A stretch of 62,071 bases of DNA, filler included, from an uncultured bacterium (lineage in GTDB: Bacteria > CAZSTA01): assembly GCA_964609495.1 (NCBI GenBank). It is 6 parts of 6 records of this genome, joined end to end, with 100 filler letters (N's around TTAATTAATTAA, not from the genome) between each part and the next. Parts side by side here need not be neighbours in the genome. Positions count along the whole stretch, not along the records: positions 41,985 to 52,039 come from CAZSTA010000134.1; positions 52,140 to 62,071 come from CAZSTA010000135.1; 4 more parts are not named here. One strand, written 5' to 3'. The notes under the pieces were generated by a model. It had not been told where the DNA came from. It worked only from the letters and a program-made list of their open reading frames with translations, and searched no databases. Position numbers and translations under genes: made by a program. Shown here piece after piece: positions 50,936-61,114 of the stretch. Each line of letters opens with the position of its first letter. Positions within the stretch are counted from its first letter, which is position 1.

Positions 50936-51089
50936 TTGCGGTTCTACATCATAAACCTGAAGACATCAATTGTCCCCTCTCCTGAGGGGCTCTCCTTCGC
51001 TTCAACTTCCATTCGCACCTCATTATCGCCCTTCTCACATATTCCTTGAGATCAACGAGTTGAAGCACCTCCCTATTTTCCTCTATCTC

Positions 51090-51203
51090 TTCTTGTTCCC
51101 TCTCCCCTCGTGAGAGAGGGCCAGGGTGAGGGGGAATTTATATCTTGAACTCCCTAGCGAAAAGCTACTTAAAATCTACTAGCGCAAATTTTTGCATGCT
51201 TAC
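51090..51203. mobile_element. Family A element, partial, reverse orientation
   Basis: TTCCCTCTCCCCTCGTGAGAGAGGGCCAGGGTGAGGGGG...TAGCGCAAATTTTTGCATGCTTAC. Confidence 0.75.
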
Positions 51204-51304
51204 TTTTGTTAAATAGATATTGAAAGAGCCTCCATCTTTTGCTATAATCATTATAGGTATTCTCTATTCGAAATAATATATGACCTAATTAAGGAGGGAT
51301 TCAA

Positions 51305-52039
51305 ATGAAGAAGAGAATCCTTCAGGCAGTTCTGATCATCCTTTTTCTGCTAACTCTAGCACTCTCAGCAGAAGCAGTTGATCGACTTGTACCATCCGTT
51401 TACTCTACCATTCAAGATGCGGTCAATGCGGCTAATATTAGTGGAGATACTATCATTATTGACCCTGCTAGTGGGTCCTATAGTGAGAATGTAACTGTAA
51501 TGAATAAGTCCCTGACCTTCCAATCCGCTACTCCAGGGACACTAGTAGTTGTAGATGGCTCTGGCGGTGGAGGTAACTGCTTCGATCTCAGCGCTACTGA
51601 TGGTAATAGCTATACTGTAGTCTTCAATGAGACCGAGATTGATGGAAGAAGCTTAGCTGACGATGGTATCCACGTCGGTGCCTCCTCAGGGAATATGGCG
51701 ATCGAGATCTATAATTGCGATATTCACCACAATACCGGTGATGGGATAGAGTTGAATGGCGTGAATGGTAGTATTATAGGTGATATTGATAACGGAAACA
51801 CCATCTATGGGAATGTTTATGGGATTTATGTGTATGATTCGTCTTCCACTACCATCGCCAACAACACCATCTATGAGAATTATTATGATGGGATTTATGT
51901 GGTGTCTTCGTCTTCCAATACCATCGCCAACAACACCATCTATGAGAATGATTATGGGATTTTTGTGTCTTCTTCGTCTTCCACTACCATCGAATACAAC
52001 ACCATCTATGAGAATGATTGGAATGGGATTTATGTGTCT
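51305..52039 (+). CDS. Secreted right-handed parallel beta-helix (NosD/pectin lyase-like) protein, truncated by the contig end
   Basis: Signal peptide, YSTIQDAVNAA, repeats of GIYVxSSSxTIANNTIYEN. Confidence 0.88.
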
Positions 52040-52139
52040 NNNNNNNNNNNNNNNNNNNNNNNNNNNNNNNNNNNNNNNNNNNNTTAATTAATTAANNNNN
52101 NNNNNNNNNNNNNNNNNNNNNNNNNNNNNNNNNNNNNNN
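52040..52139. other. Artificial contig linker
   Basis: N-run with TTAATTAATTAA. Confidence 0.99.
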
Positions 52140-53780
52140 AAGGACAATGGTTTTCTTATGCAGAGAGCTGCGCCGCTTGTGGAGCAGATGACAAAATGGA
52201 ACTATTCGACTTCTGAAGCAATGGAACGGTTCAAAAAAGAAGGCTTAGTCTTTCCACCCCATGAACAAGTGGTCGAAAACTTCTACAATGAAATCTTGGA
52301 ACTTGAAAAACAAGGTAAAAATGGTATATGGGCACGGTTTCTTAAAAACTCCTTTGCGCCAATGATTGCTGGCAAATTTGACTTCGTTGTTGGAAATCCT
52401 CCATGGATTATGTGGGACTATCTCTCCCAAGACTATAAAAATGCGACTTTACAACTATGGAAAGATTATGGACTCTTTTCGCTTAGTGGCTTTGGTGGAT
52501 GGCTGAGTGGAAGTAAAAAAGATTTTTCAATGCTATTTACTTACGCTTCTGCTGATTATTATCTAAAAGATGGTGCTAAGTTAGGGTTTTTGATAACTAG
52601 GGGTGTTTTAAAATCAGGCACTCGAGCAGAAGGTTTTAGACGATTTAAGATCGGAGATAAAGCATATCTGAAAGTATTAAAGGCTCACGATTTAGTTTCT
52701 ATACAACCTTTCGAGGGAGCAACTAATAAAACTGCTGCAATTATTCTGAAAAAAGGAGAAAAAACAGAATACCCACTGCCTTATATTTTTTGGACTAAGA
52801 AAAAGGGGGTTGGCAAAATTGCTACTGATAAATTACTCAACGAAGTTCTGCCACTTTTACAAAAGAAAAGGTGTATTGCTCAACCAATTGGTTCAGAAGT
52901 TGGTGCGTGGCAACATTTATTAGAAGAAGAAAAGAATCTAAGTGCAGTAGAAGGTAAGAATAATTATAAGGCAATTGCTGGTGCATTTGCTTCTCCTTAT
53001 GGAGTATTCTGGCTTGAGATTGACGAGGTTTTATCTGATGGAAATGTAATAATTAAGAACTTAACCGAAAAGGGCAAAATTAAAATTGCTTCGCTTCGCG
53101 AAAAAATAGAGCCTGATTTGATATATCCTGCGCTAAGGGGCTCCGATCTGAAAAGATGGGACTACGAACAGGAAATTTTCCTTTTAATGACCCAAGATCC
53201 TGAAACCCGTAAACCATACCCCCTATCTGTAATGAAACAAAATTGGCCAAGAACATATGGGTATCTCCTTTATTTTAAGGAAATAATTCCAAAATATGGT
53301 TCTAAAGCGAAAAAGAAACTAGCAGAAAGAACTGAATTTTATGCACTATTTAATATAGGAAAAGAAACTATTTCTCCTTATAAGGTTGTTTGGAAAGCAA
53401 TGTCAAACGATATTTTCGCAGCAGTTGTATCAACTATTAAAACCGATCTTGGATACAAAATTGCAGTTCCTCTTCATACAACTTCCTTTTTTGCTACCAA
53501 CAATGAATCCGAAGCCCATTATCTTTGTGCCATTATTAACTCGACTCCCGTGCGGGAATTTATCAAATCGTTTTCTTCCGCTGGTCGTGGCTTTGGTACA
53601 CCTTCAGTAATGAAGCATGTCGGCATTCCTGAGTTTGATCCCGAAGACGAACTCCATCAAAAACTGGCTCAACTTTCTAGAACTCTCCACGACCTCAAGC
53701 CGAAGAATAAACTTGGTGAAGTTGCAAGGTTGGAAAAAGAAGTAGATAATTTTGTTCGTAAACTATTTGGTATAAAATAG
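52140..53780 (+). CDS. Type IIG-like restriction-modification enzyme (N6-adenine MTase + target recognition domain), 5' truncated
   Basis: FDFVVGNPPW motif IV, FEGATN, YLCAIINS. Frame open to the contig edge. Confidence 0.85.
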   Translation, partial: KDNGFLMQRAAPLVEQMTKWNYSTSEAMERFKKEGLVFPPHEQVVENFYNEILELEKQGKNGIWARFLKNSFAPMIAGKFDFVVGNPPWIMWDYLSQDYKNATLQLWKDYGLFSLSGFGGWLSGSKKDFSMLFTYASADYYLKDGAKLGFLITRGVLKSGTRAEGFRRFKIGDKAYLKVLKAHDLVSIQPFEGATNKTAAIILKKGEKTEYPLPYIFWTKKKGVGKIATDKLLNEVLPLLQKKRCIAQPIGSEVGAWQHLLEEEKNLSAVEGKNNYKAIAGAFASPYGVFWLEIDEVLSDGNVIIKNLTEKGKIKIASLREKIEPDLIYPALRGSDLKRWDYEQEIFLLMTQDPETRKPYPLSVMKQNWPRTYGYLLYFKEIIPKYGSKAKKKLAERTEFYALFNIGKETISPYKVVWKAMSNDIFAAVVSTIKTDLGYKIAVPLHTTSFFATNNESEAHYLCAIINSTPVREFIKSFSSAGRGFGTPSVMKHVGIPEFDPEDELHQKLAQLSRTLHDLKPKNKLGEVARLEKEVDNFVRKLFGIK

Positions 53781-53830
53781 GTAAGACAATTTTAATCTCC
53801 TGAAGCCCCGTAGTATTCCTTTGAGGACTA

Positions 53831-54439
53831 TTACATCTGCCAATAAGGATTATTCTTCCGTTCATATCCAATCGAGGTCTCCGGGCCATGTCCTGGATAG
53901 ACCCTTACCTCATCAGGAAGTAGCGACAGCTTTTCTCTAAGCGAGTGCCTCAAATCCTCCCACGATCCACCGGGGAGGTCTGTCCTCCCCACCGATCCTC
54001 TGAAGAGGGTATCGCCCGAAAAGAGGACGGTGCCCAATAATAGACAGATACTCCCGGGTGTGTGCCCGGGAGTATGTATCACCCTCAAAGTAAGACGGCC
54101 CAGAGAGATCCCATCTCCATCCTCTAAAACCCTGTCTATCGGATAATCCTCCGCCTCGAAGAAGGATGGCATCATTCTCGCTAAACCCTCATCAGCCCGG
54201 TGCATAAGGATCTCGGATCCTTTAATCTCCTTCAATCTTTGAACTACGGCGGTGTGATCGGGGTGATTATGCGTTAGAATTATATAACGTAATGTTAACC
54301 CTCTCTCCTCCAGTATCTTTATGATATCCTGATAACCACCCCCTGGATCGATCACAGCCGCCTGATTGCTATCCTCATCAGCTAGGATATAACAGTTAGT
54401 CGCTAAAAGCCCCACCACGAGAGATCTTAGGAACATCAT
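53831..54439 (-). CDS. MBL-fold metallo-hydrolase (glyoxalase II-like)
   Basis: THNHPDH, TPGHTPG, SGDTLF, PGHG. Confidence 0.95.
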   Translation of the reverse strand: MMFLRSLVVGLLATNCYILADEDSNQAAVIDPGGGYQDIIKILEERGLTLRYIILTHNHPDHTAVVQRLKEIKGSEILMHRADEGLARMMPSFFEAEDYPIDRVLEDGDGISLGRLTLRVIHTPGHTPGSICLLLGTVLFSGDTLFRGSVGRTDLPGGSWEDLRHSLREKLSLLPDEVRVYPGHGPETSIGYERKNNPYWQM

Positions 54440-54449
54440 TTCACCTCTC

Positions 54450-55241
54450 CTAAACTTGGGCCACTCTCTTTAGCTTTTCCTCCAATGTCCCTCTTATCTC
54501 TTTCACCTTCTCTACTAACTGAGGAGATATATCATAGGGAGATACCCCTTCCAGATCAGCCTGGATTATCTCTTCGGAGAAGGGGATGAATCCTAGCACA
54601 TCCTTCGGATCAACATGGGATAAGATCAAGGCCTTATCGGACTCGCTCCGAATCTTATTTCCCACGACGAAAACTCTCTTAATCCCCAGATCCTTGGCTA
54701 ATTTCCTGATCGTGGACACCGTTTTGAGGCTCCGCCGACCGGGTTCAACAACTCCGATCATCGCATCAACCCCTTGCGCAGTTCCCCGTCCGAGGTGTTC
54801 CACTCCAGCGACCATATCCATAATAACAATCTCATCTCGAAGTAGAACCATATAACCGATCAAAGCTCTGACGAGTGCGTTCTCCGGACAATAGCATCCT
54901 GTCCCTCCGATCTTTATCGCTCCCATCACGAGAAGTTTGATCCCCTCATATTTCTGGGAGAAGTTATCAGGGATATCATCAACGCGGGGATTGAGCTTGA
55001 AATATGTCCCAACCGATCCAGGAGCCGCCCCGGTTCTTTCCTCGATCAAGTCCCTCATTTTTATGAGTGGTGTTATCTCATCAGCCACCTCGGGAGGGAA
55101 TCCGATCGCTGAGGCTAAATTAGCGTTCGGATCAGCATCAACCGCTAGAATCTCTCGCCCCTCTGCGGCATAGATTCTAGCTAGCACTCCAGCTAGCGTT
55201 GTCTTTCCCACCCCTCCCTTGCCAGCTATCGCTATCTTCAA
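54450..55241 (-). CDS. cooC: CooC/AcsF-type nickel insertion ATPase
   Basis: GKGGVGKT, DADP, GCYCP, DMVAGVEHLGRGT. TTG start at 55241. Confidence 0.88.
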   Translation of the reverse strand: MKIAIAGKGGVGKTTLAGVLARIYAAEGREILAVDADPNANLASAIGFPPEVADEITPLIKMRDLIEERTGAAPGSVGTYFKLNPRVDDIPDNFSQKYEGIKLLVMGAIKIGGTGCYCPENALVRALIGYMVLLRDEIVIMDMVAGVEHLGRGTAQGVDAMIGVVEPGRRSLKTVSTIRKLAKDLGIKRVFVVGNKIRSESDKALILSHVDPKDVLGFIPFSEEIIQADLEGVSPYDISPQLVEKVKEIRGTLEEKLKRVAQV

Positions 55242-55278
55242 GGATAACACTTCCTTTCTTGGTTCAGTTCTCCTTTTC

Positions 55279-56286
55279 CTAAAGCATAATTGCTTCTCCC
55301 CTCCGAGCGGATTCTCGAACTGCATCTATAACCTGCATCACCTTTCTTGTCTCGGAGGGCTTTACGATAAGCTCTTCTTTCTTCTCTAAAACTCCTCTAA
55401 GATTTACGTAGTAATCATTCCAACTACTTATCACTGGATCAACGATATATTCTCCCTTTAACCCTTTCGCCTCTGTCCTCACGCGAACTTTATCCTCAAG
55501 GGAAAAGTTGTTCTTCACCGCAGTTCCCTTATCACCGATCACATACCAGCGAGGAACTGGGTAGCGAGATACCCCGCTCGCCTCAGCCTGAGCGACAACG
55601 CCGTTCTCGAAACGAATCAAACACTTAAAGTAGTCATCCACCTCGTTCGTCCATACAAATCCCCCCATCTGTCCATAGACACTCTTCACTGGTGAGGGAA
55701 CCATCTGAAGCAATTGATCAAGAATGTGCGAGCCCCAGTCGTAAAGCACACCTCCTCCATAGGCTTTCTGCAATCGCCAGCGGGTATCGAATTCACGCAC
55801 CGCGTATCCCTCGGAGGAACCATAGCTATTTATCCTGCTCTCGATAGCGAAGACCTCGCCCAATAATCCATCCTCGATCACCTTTCGGATCGTTAGATAG
55901 TCGGAGTCCCAGCGTCTATTTTGGAAGCTACTAATTATGACTCCGTTCTCCTCCGCTACCGCGATCATATCGTCTGCCTCTGCGGTTGAGAGTGCAATCG
56001 GCTTTTCTACAACCACGTGTTTTCCTGCTTTCATCATCTTAACTGCTAAGTCGTGATGGGTGTTGGTAGGAGTAGAGATTATCACCAGATCCGCGCCCGA
56101 TTCGGTCAAAAATAGATCGAGATCGGAGTAAGCCTTTACTCCATAGTGTTCTTCTGCGAACTGTCTCCTCTTATCGATAATATCGTATACTCCCGCCAAC
56201 TCCACCCCCTCGGTGCAACATATCATCGGACAATGCACATCTTGAGCGATACGTCCCATCCCAATTACCCCAATTTTAATTGACAT
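55279..56286 (-). CDS. Gfo/Idh/MocA oxidoreductase
   Basis: GxGxxA, EKP, QNRRWD, GG.LYDWGSH. Confidence 0.95.
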   Translation of the reverse strand: MSIKIGVIGMGRIAQDVHCPMICCTEGVELAGVYDIIDKRRQFAEEHYGVKAYSDLDLFLTESGADLVIISTPTNTHHDLAVKMMKAGKHVVVEKPIALSTAEADDMIAVAEENGVIISSFQNRRWDSDYLTIRKVIEDGLLGEVFAIESRINSYGSSEGYAVREFDTRWRLQKAYGGGVLYDWGSHILDQLLQMVPSPVKSVYGQMGGFVWTNEVDDYFKCLIRFENGVVAQAEASGVSRYPVPRWYVIGDKGTAVKNNFSLEDKVRVRTEAKGLKGEYIVDPVISSWNDYYVNLRGVLEKKEELIVKPSETRKVMQVIDAVRESARRGEAIML

Positions 56287-56313
56287 TTATCTCGCTTCCT
56301 CCTTAAAATAAAG

Positions 56314-58194
56314 TTATAGATCCACTTCCTGATAGATCATTCCATTCAAATATATCTGCGCCTTCCCTCTTCCCTTCCAACGAAGATCGATGGTTACTTC
56401 CTCTCCCGGCTCATAGATTCTGTTATAGATCTGACGCAATCCCTCTTCATCGCTCAATAAGACCTTGACCTCGACTGGTGCCTCTCCCTCGGGAATAACG
56501 AAATTAATAGATTTATAGCTGTAACCAGGTTCAGGAAGCTCGATTTCCACTGGAGGTTTGGTCTCCTCTGGAGGAGGAAGCACCTTCTCCTCCGGGGAAG
56601 AAGGGGATTTCTCCTCTTCAGACTCCATCGGTGATCCCTTGCTAACAACGAAGCTGATCTCTTGTCCCTCACTCACAAACTCGCCGAATTCTGGCTTCTG
56701 CTCAATTATCAAGCCTTCCGGAACGAGGACGGAATTTCTCTCGGTCATCTCACCCAAAGTCAAACCCACTTTCAGCAAGGCTTCCTCTGCTAGAGCTAGA
56801 GGAGCACCTCTGAAATTGGCTAAAGGAAACGTTCTGGGTTTTGGTCCCAAGCTTATCAACATATTGACCGTTGTCTCTCGAGGAACCTCCGTTCCAGTCG
56901 GCGGATCGAGAGCGATAACTCTACCCCTAGGAATACTGGAGTGATGAACATAGGCTTTTCCTCCAACCTTCAGCTTACTTCTATGAAGAGCTATCTCTGC
57001 CTGTCGCGTCAGATTTCCTTCTAGTTTAGGAACCTCTTCCAGTTTCACCCCTAAGCTCACTATAACTCTTATCTCACGCCCCTCTTTTACCCTAGAGCCC
57101 GCTTGAGGATCTTGAGACATGATATATCCTGCTGGGAAGTTCTCGCTATAAACCTGCTCATCCATTTTAAGCTCTAATTTAAGATCTCGTAGCTTCTTAT
57201 CAGCCTCACTCAAGCGCTCTCCAACTAAATCGGGAACCTTCGCCTCTCCTACGTTAAGATACCCCTCTATTAGGTTAGAAACCCATATAGTAGCTCCCAC
57301 AAAAACTCCGAGGATGATGAGAACTATCGCTAGTTTTAAAAGATAGGAGATAATTCTCCTCCTTTTGGCAAAGGTAGAAGTAGCAGGAGGATCAACAGTA
57401 GCTGTGCTTTTAGTTGCTTTAATTTCGTCTGCCTTACTCCTTCTCCTGATCTGAGTGGTAAGTTTGCTATTTTTTAAATCCTGTAAAAGCTCATAAGGGG
57501 AATACTTCTCACTTGGATCAAGGGCTCCCATTATAATTCGATCTAAAGAAGCACTCAAACGAGGATTGAGAGCAGAAGGCGTTGGGGGAGCGATCCTACC
57601 CAATGAGGAGGGATTTTGCGATAGTTTATCCTTGAAAGGAGATGTCCCAGTGGAGAAGAAATAGAGGACCTGTCCTAGAAGGTCTCTCTCTATCTGAGAG
57701 GTAGAGAGATTATTCTCATCCATAAGATCTCCTACTGTAGCGATCTTAACATTTCCCTCTTTATCTATCAAGAGATCATCTAATCCCCAAAGGGAATTCT
57801 CCAATCCCCGACTAGAGATAAATCCCCAAAAATCTGCTATTTCTTCTGCGTTTTTCACCGCTTTTTGAGGAGATATCTTTCCTCTCCTTTCCTGATTCTT
57901 TGCGCTCTCACCTTGGAAATCCTCCCTCACTAGACAATGAAGACTCCTGATCTCCTCTATTTCCAAGATGCTTACAAGATTGGGATGACGGACTCCCTTC
58001 CACCTCTCAGCAAATCGCTTGAACTCTCTTATCAATTCCTCGCTTGCGGCAGGATCGAGGATCTCTAAGATCACTGGGACTCCTCCTGGATCGCTCTTCG
58101 CCTCATAAAGGACGGTATCTTTGCTCTCTGTAAGCGGCTTGCCCAATTTATACCTAGGGGATAATTCCTCAGTTAGACTCTGTTGTTCCATCAT
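56314..58194 (-). CDS. PknB-like membrane protein with degenerate kinase domain and 3 PASTA domains
   Basis: Kinase-like N-terminus, TM, VPDLVG/VPKLEG/LANFRG PASTA repeats. Confidence 0.85.
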   Translation of the reverse strand: MMEQQSLTEELSPRYKLGKPLTESKDTVLYEAKSDPGGVPVILEILDPAASEELIREFKRFAERWKGVRHPNLVSILEIEEIRSLHCLVREDFQGESAKNQERRGKISPQKAVKNAEEIADFWGFISSRGLENSLWGLDDLLIDKEGNVKIATVGDLMDENNLSTSQIERDLLGQVLYFFSTGTSPFKDKLSQNPSSLGRIAPPTPSALNPRLSASLDRIIMGALDPSEKYSPYELLQDLKNSKLTTQIRRRSKADEIKATKSTATVDPPATSTFAKRRRIISYLLKLAIVLIILGVFVGATIWVSNLIEGYLNVGEAKVPDLVGERLSEADKKLRDLKLELKMDEQVYSENFPAGYIMSQDPQAGSRVKEGREIRVIVSLGVKLEEVPKLEGNLTRQAEIALHRSKLKVGGKAYVHHSSIPRGRVIALDPPTGTEVPRETTVNMLISLGPKPRTFPLANFRGAPLALAEEALLKVGLTLGEMTERNSVLVPEGLIIEQKPEFGEFVSEGQEISFVVSKGSPMESEEEKSPSSPEEKVLPPPEETKPPVEIELPEPGYSYKSINFVIPEGEAPVEVKVLLSDEEGLRQIYNRIYEPGEEVTIDLRWKGRGKAQIYLNGMIYQEVDL

Positions 58195-58202
58195 CTTCCT
58201 CT

Positions 58203-58395
58203 CAAATCACCCTTCCCTACCCCCTCCCCTCAAGGGAGGGGGGAAACAGAAGGTAACTTCTCCCATTAAGGGAAGGAGAAATAAAGAGATCAGCCTTATC
58301 TCAAGTAACCCTCTCCCCTGGTGGAAGAGGGAATCATATCTTGAACTCGCTAGCAAAAAACTAAGAATAACCAATTACTACTTAAAGCTACTTAA
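58203..58395. repeat. Hairpin-core element with TTAAGTAG-type end, reverse orientation
   Basis: TCACCCTTCCCTACCCCCTCCCCTCAAGGGAGGGGG...CTAAGAATAACCAATTACTACTTAA. Confidence 0.75.
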
Positions 58396-58536
58396 TAATA
58401 CAATATTTCAGATAATAAGTCAAGTAAGAATCCTACCACTAATATTTAGGAAATATAACTATTGGAAAATATAATTACTTATGTTATAATTAGATGGAGT
58501 CAACTTCTTCTTAATTCGAGGAGGTTAAGGACCAGA

Positions 58537-59373
58537 ATGGCTAGACTAAAATTGCAAAATTATCGCCGAGAACAGATGAAAAAGTTGATCTTCGCTTCCA
58601 TCGATTCCAGCGTCATCTTTGTGCTCTTATTTGGCTTGATTTTGGGTATCATAATGAAGATATACCCATATCTCCCCCTTCCTAGTTGGTCCCTCCCTTT
58701 GTTGGGATTAATCGCTGGAGCCATAATTTGGTGGCTTAATCTAACCGATCCTAAATTCGCCGCTAGGGTTATCAATCCAAAACCGCTTCAGAATGATATC
58801 CTTAATATGAAGAGGCGTAGCTTCATTCCTCCCAGTATTACCGAGCCTAATTTGAGGAGGTTATTAGAGGAGATATTTAAGAAAGGTCAGAGGGCATTAG
58901 GAGCCGCTCGAGTTATCGAGCAATCTTTGCCAGATACGATCGAGGAGGAGCGAATAAGCACGTTGGTGGAAAAGAGTCTTTTACTTGCTGGTCGAGCGCA
59001 AGATGGATTGCGAGCCTTAAATGAGATCGATGAGCGAGATTTAGAGAATACAGTTCGAGAGTTAGAAGCGAACCTCGAGAGATTATCGCCCAATGATCCC
59101 AGTTTGAAACAGAGAAAGGAGATACTTGAGAGTCGCAGGGAGGAGCTGTCTGCCTATGGAAAGATAGAGGATAACTGTGATATACTGATCGCGCAATTGG
59201 AGAAGATCGCAAGCGTTTTAGGAGTGATTTACCTAAAATTAACTGGAGTGAATATCTCCGAGGAACTCTCTGTTATCTCTGCTAGCAAGGAGATTTCCGA
59301 TACTTTGGGGGAGTTAACTGATTCGGTTAATACCTTAGAGGTTACCCTGCAGGATGTGAAATCGATTACCTAG
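58537..59373 (+). CDS. Two-TM coiled-coil membrane protein
   Basis: Two N-terminal TMs, long helical C-terminus, GGAGG RBS. Confidence 0.75.
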   Translation: MARLKLQNYRREQMKKLIFASIDSSVIFVLLFGLILGIIMKIYPYLPLPSWSLPLLGLIAGAIIWWLNLTDPKFAARVINPKPLQNDILNMKRRSFIPPSITEPNLRRLLEEIFKKGQRALGAARVIEQSLPDTIEEERISTLVEKSLLLAGRAQDGLRALNEIDERDLENTVRELEANLERLSPNDPSLKQRKEILESRREELSAYGKIEDNCDILIAQLEKIASVLGVIYLKLTGVNISEELSVISASKEISDTLGELTDSVNTLEVTLQDVKSIT

Positions 59374-59402
59374 TTCCTCAAATTTTCTCTGGGAGGTGTT
59401 GT

Positions 59403-61094
59403 ATGAGGAAGCGGGGATTATTCTTGGTTTTAAGTTTAATATTGATCGTGTTAGTGATAGTTATCACGGAATATCTTGATAAGGAGGGGATCGGCCCTCG
59501 GAAGACAAAGCAGTTAAGCGAAAATCTAACTGAGAAGGAAAGTGTCTTGGCTACGATCTTTGTCGATCCAATACTCGCCTCATGGGTTAATAAGGTCATC
59601 GTTACCGCTAACGGTAAGGAGCTTGAGGTGAATGGGAAACGGGTTTTTTATCATTATGTTCCCATTGAGCCTTGGGAAGCATGGGAGGCTATAAAGGCGA
59701 AAAGAGGACAGCCTACGATCTGGATAACAGGAGGTAGAGTCTGGTCAAGCTTAGCTGATAAGGATGATCCCAAGCTAATAGCCTCGACAACTGTCCTTGC
59801 TCGCACTCCTTTAGTGATCGCGATGTGGGAATCTCTTGCCAAGGCCTTAGGTTGGCCGAATAAGGAGATAGGATGGAGAGACCTAGAGAGATTAGCCACT
59901 GACCCCAAGGGATGGGGATTATATGGTTATCCAGAGATAGGCAAATTACGTTGGGGACATCCCAATCCCGATACCACCGCTGGTATATCCACCTTTGCCG
60001 CGATGGCTTACGCCGCCTCGGGCTCGAAGGGGAAACTAGCCGTAGCTCAAGTGAGGAGTGGAGAAGCGGTAAAGCTGGCAGAGGAATTGGAACAGGCGGT
60101 AGTGCGCTATGATGCCCCTGCCGAGCTACTGGAGGCGATGTTCGATGGTAAATGGGGCTATATGCAGGCGGCTGCGGTCCCTGAATTCTATGTCGCTGAA
60201 GCTAACGAGATATACTCCGAGAAGTTGGTGGCGATCTACCCCGAAGATGGAACGATATGGAATGAGATACTTCTTTGCGCCTTAGGAGCTGAGTGGATCA
60301 GCGACGAGCAACGAAAAGCCGCTGAGTTGCTAGCCGATATCTTCCTGGATCAGGATCAGCAGATTGAGACGATGGCTAATTACAACTTGAGACCTGTTGC
60401 CGCGGGAGAGGTATTCACCTTGACTTTGGGCGAGGGATTAGACGCGAAACGCACCCCTGAGGGGGGATTGACCTCTATAGACAGGGAAGCTTGGACTGAG
60501 CTTCTCGCCCTTTCCGCTGATACGAAACAGACAGCTATGATCGTAGTTGCCCTTGATCAATCGGGAAGTATGAAGGGGATCAAGCTCCAGCGAGCTAAGG
60601 AGGCGGCTATTCAGTTCTTAGATCAGGTTAATCCCAAAGATAAGGTATGGTTTCTCACCTTTGGGGGAAGAATATATCAGTTGAATGATACTTTTCAGGT
60701 GTTAGAGAAGGATAAAGACGAATTGATAAGGAATATAAATCGACTTAAAGCGGGTGGGAATACTCCTCTGAGGGATACTATTATCATCTCTGTGGATAAG
60801 ATGGTCAAGCTTCGAGGACAATCTGGTCAGATGGTGATAGTTGTCCTTACAGATGGGGAGGATACCTCAAGTAGTATTGGAGAGGAAGATTTCTTCGCTC
60901 GTTTGCCCAGCGATGCGGAAGCCAGATTGAATTTCCCTCGCATCTTCACCATACCTCTGGGAGAGAGACCAGACGGAGGAGATGCCAATACCGAATTTTT
61001 GAATAAAGTAGCTGTTTTAACTGGAGCGAAGATGTATCCTGCTACTCCAGAGAACATTGCGATGATATATAAAGAGGTATCTAAGAGATTTTAA
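59403..61094 (+). CDS. Solute-binding-like domain fused to von Willebrand A domain
   Basis: RTPLVIAMW..A.ALGWP, YPEDGT; MIDAS DQSGS, T, TDG. Confidence 0.88.
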   Translation: MRKRGLFLVLSLILIVLVIVITEYLDKEGIGPRKTKQLSENLTEKESVLATIFVDPILASWVNKVIVTANGKELEVNGKRVFYHYVPIEPWEAWEAIKAKRGQPTIWITGGRVWSSLADKDDPKLIASTTVLARTPLVIAMWESLAKALGWPNKEIGWRDLERLATDPKGWGLYGYPEIGKLRWGHPNPDTTAGISTFAAMAYAASGSKGKLAVAQVRSGEAVKLAEELEQAVVRYDAPAELLEAMFDGKWGYMQAAAVPEFYVAEANEIYSEKLVAIYPEDGTIWNEILLCALGAEWISDEQRKAAELLADIFLDQDQQIETMANYNLRPVAAGEVFTLTLGEGLDAKRTPEGGLTSIDREAWTELLALSADTKQTAMIVVALDQSGSMKGIKLQRAKEAAIQFLDQVNPKDKVWFLTFGGRIYQLNDTFQVLEKDKDELIRNINRLKAGGNTPLRDTIIISVDKMVKLRGQSGQMVIVVLTDGEDTSSSIGEEDFFARLPSDAEARLNFPRIFTIPLGERPDGGDANTEFLNKVAVLTGAKMYPATPENIAMIYKEVSKRF

Positions 61095-61114
61095 TTTTAA
61101 AGGGAGGAGCTATT

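Noticed and set aside
50947-51072. Short minus-strand ORF or gene remnant (..DLKEYVRRAI..)
   Set aside because: Under 45 codons with no family I can recognise.
51795-52039. Possible CRISPR array or DGR variable region
   Set aside because: The repeats are in-frame beta-helix coils without unique spacers. No cas or reverse transcriptase gene is in the window.
54450-55241. CO dehydrogenase gene cluster
   Set aside because: Only cooC is present; no cooS/acs genes on this contig.
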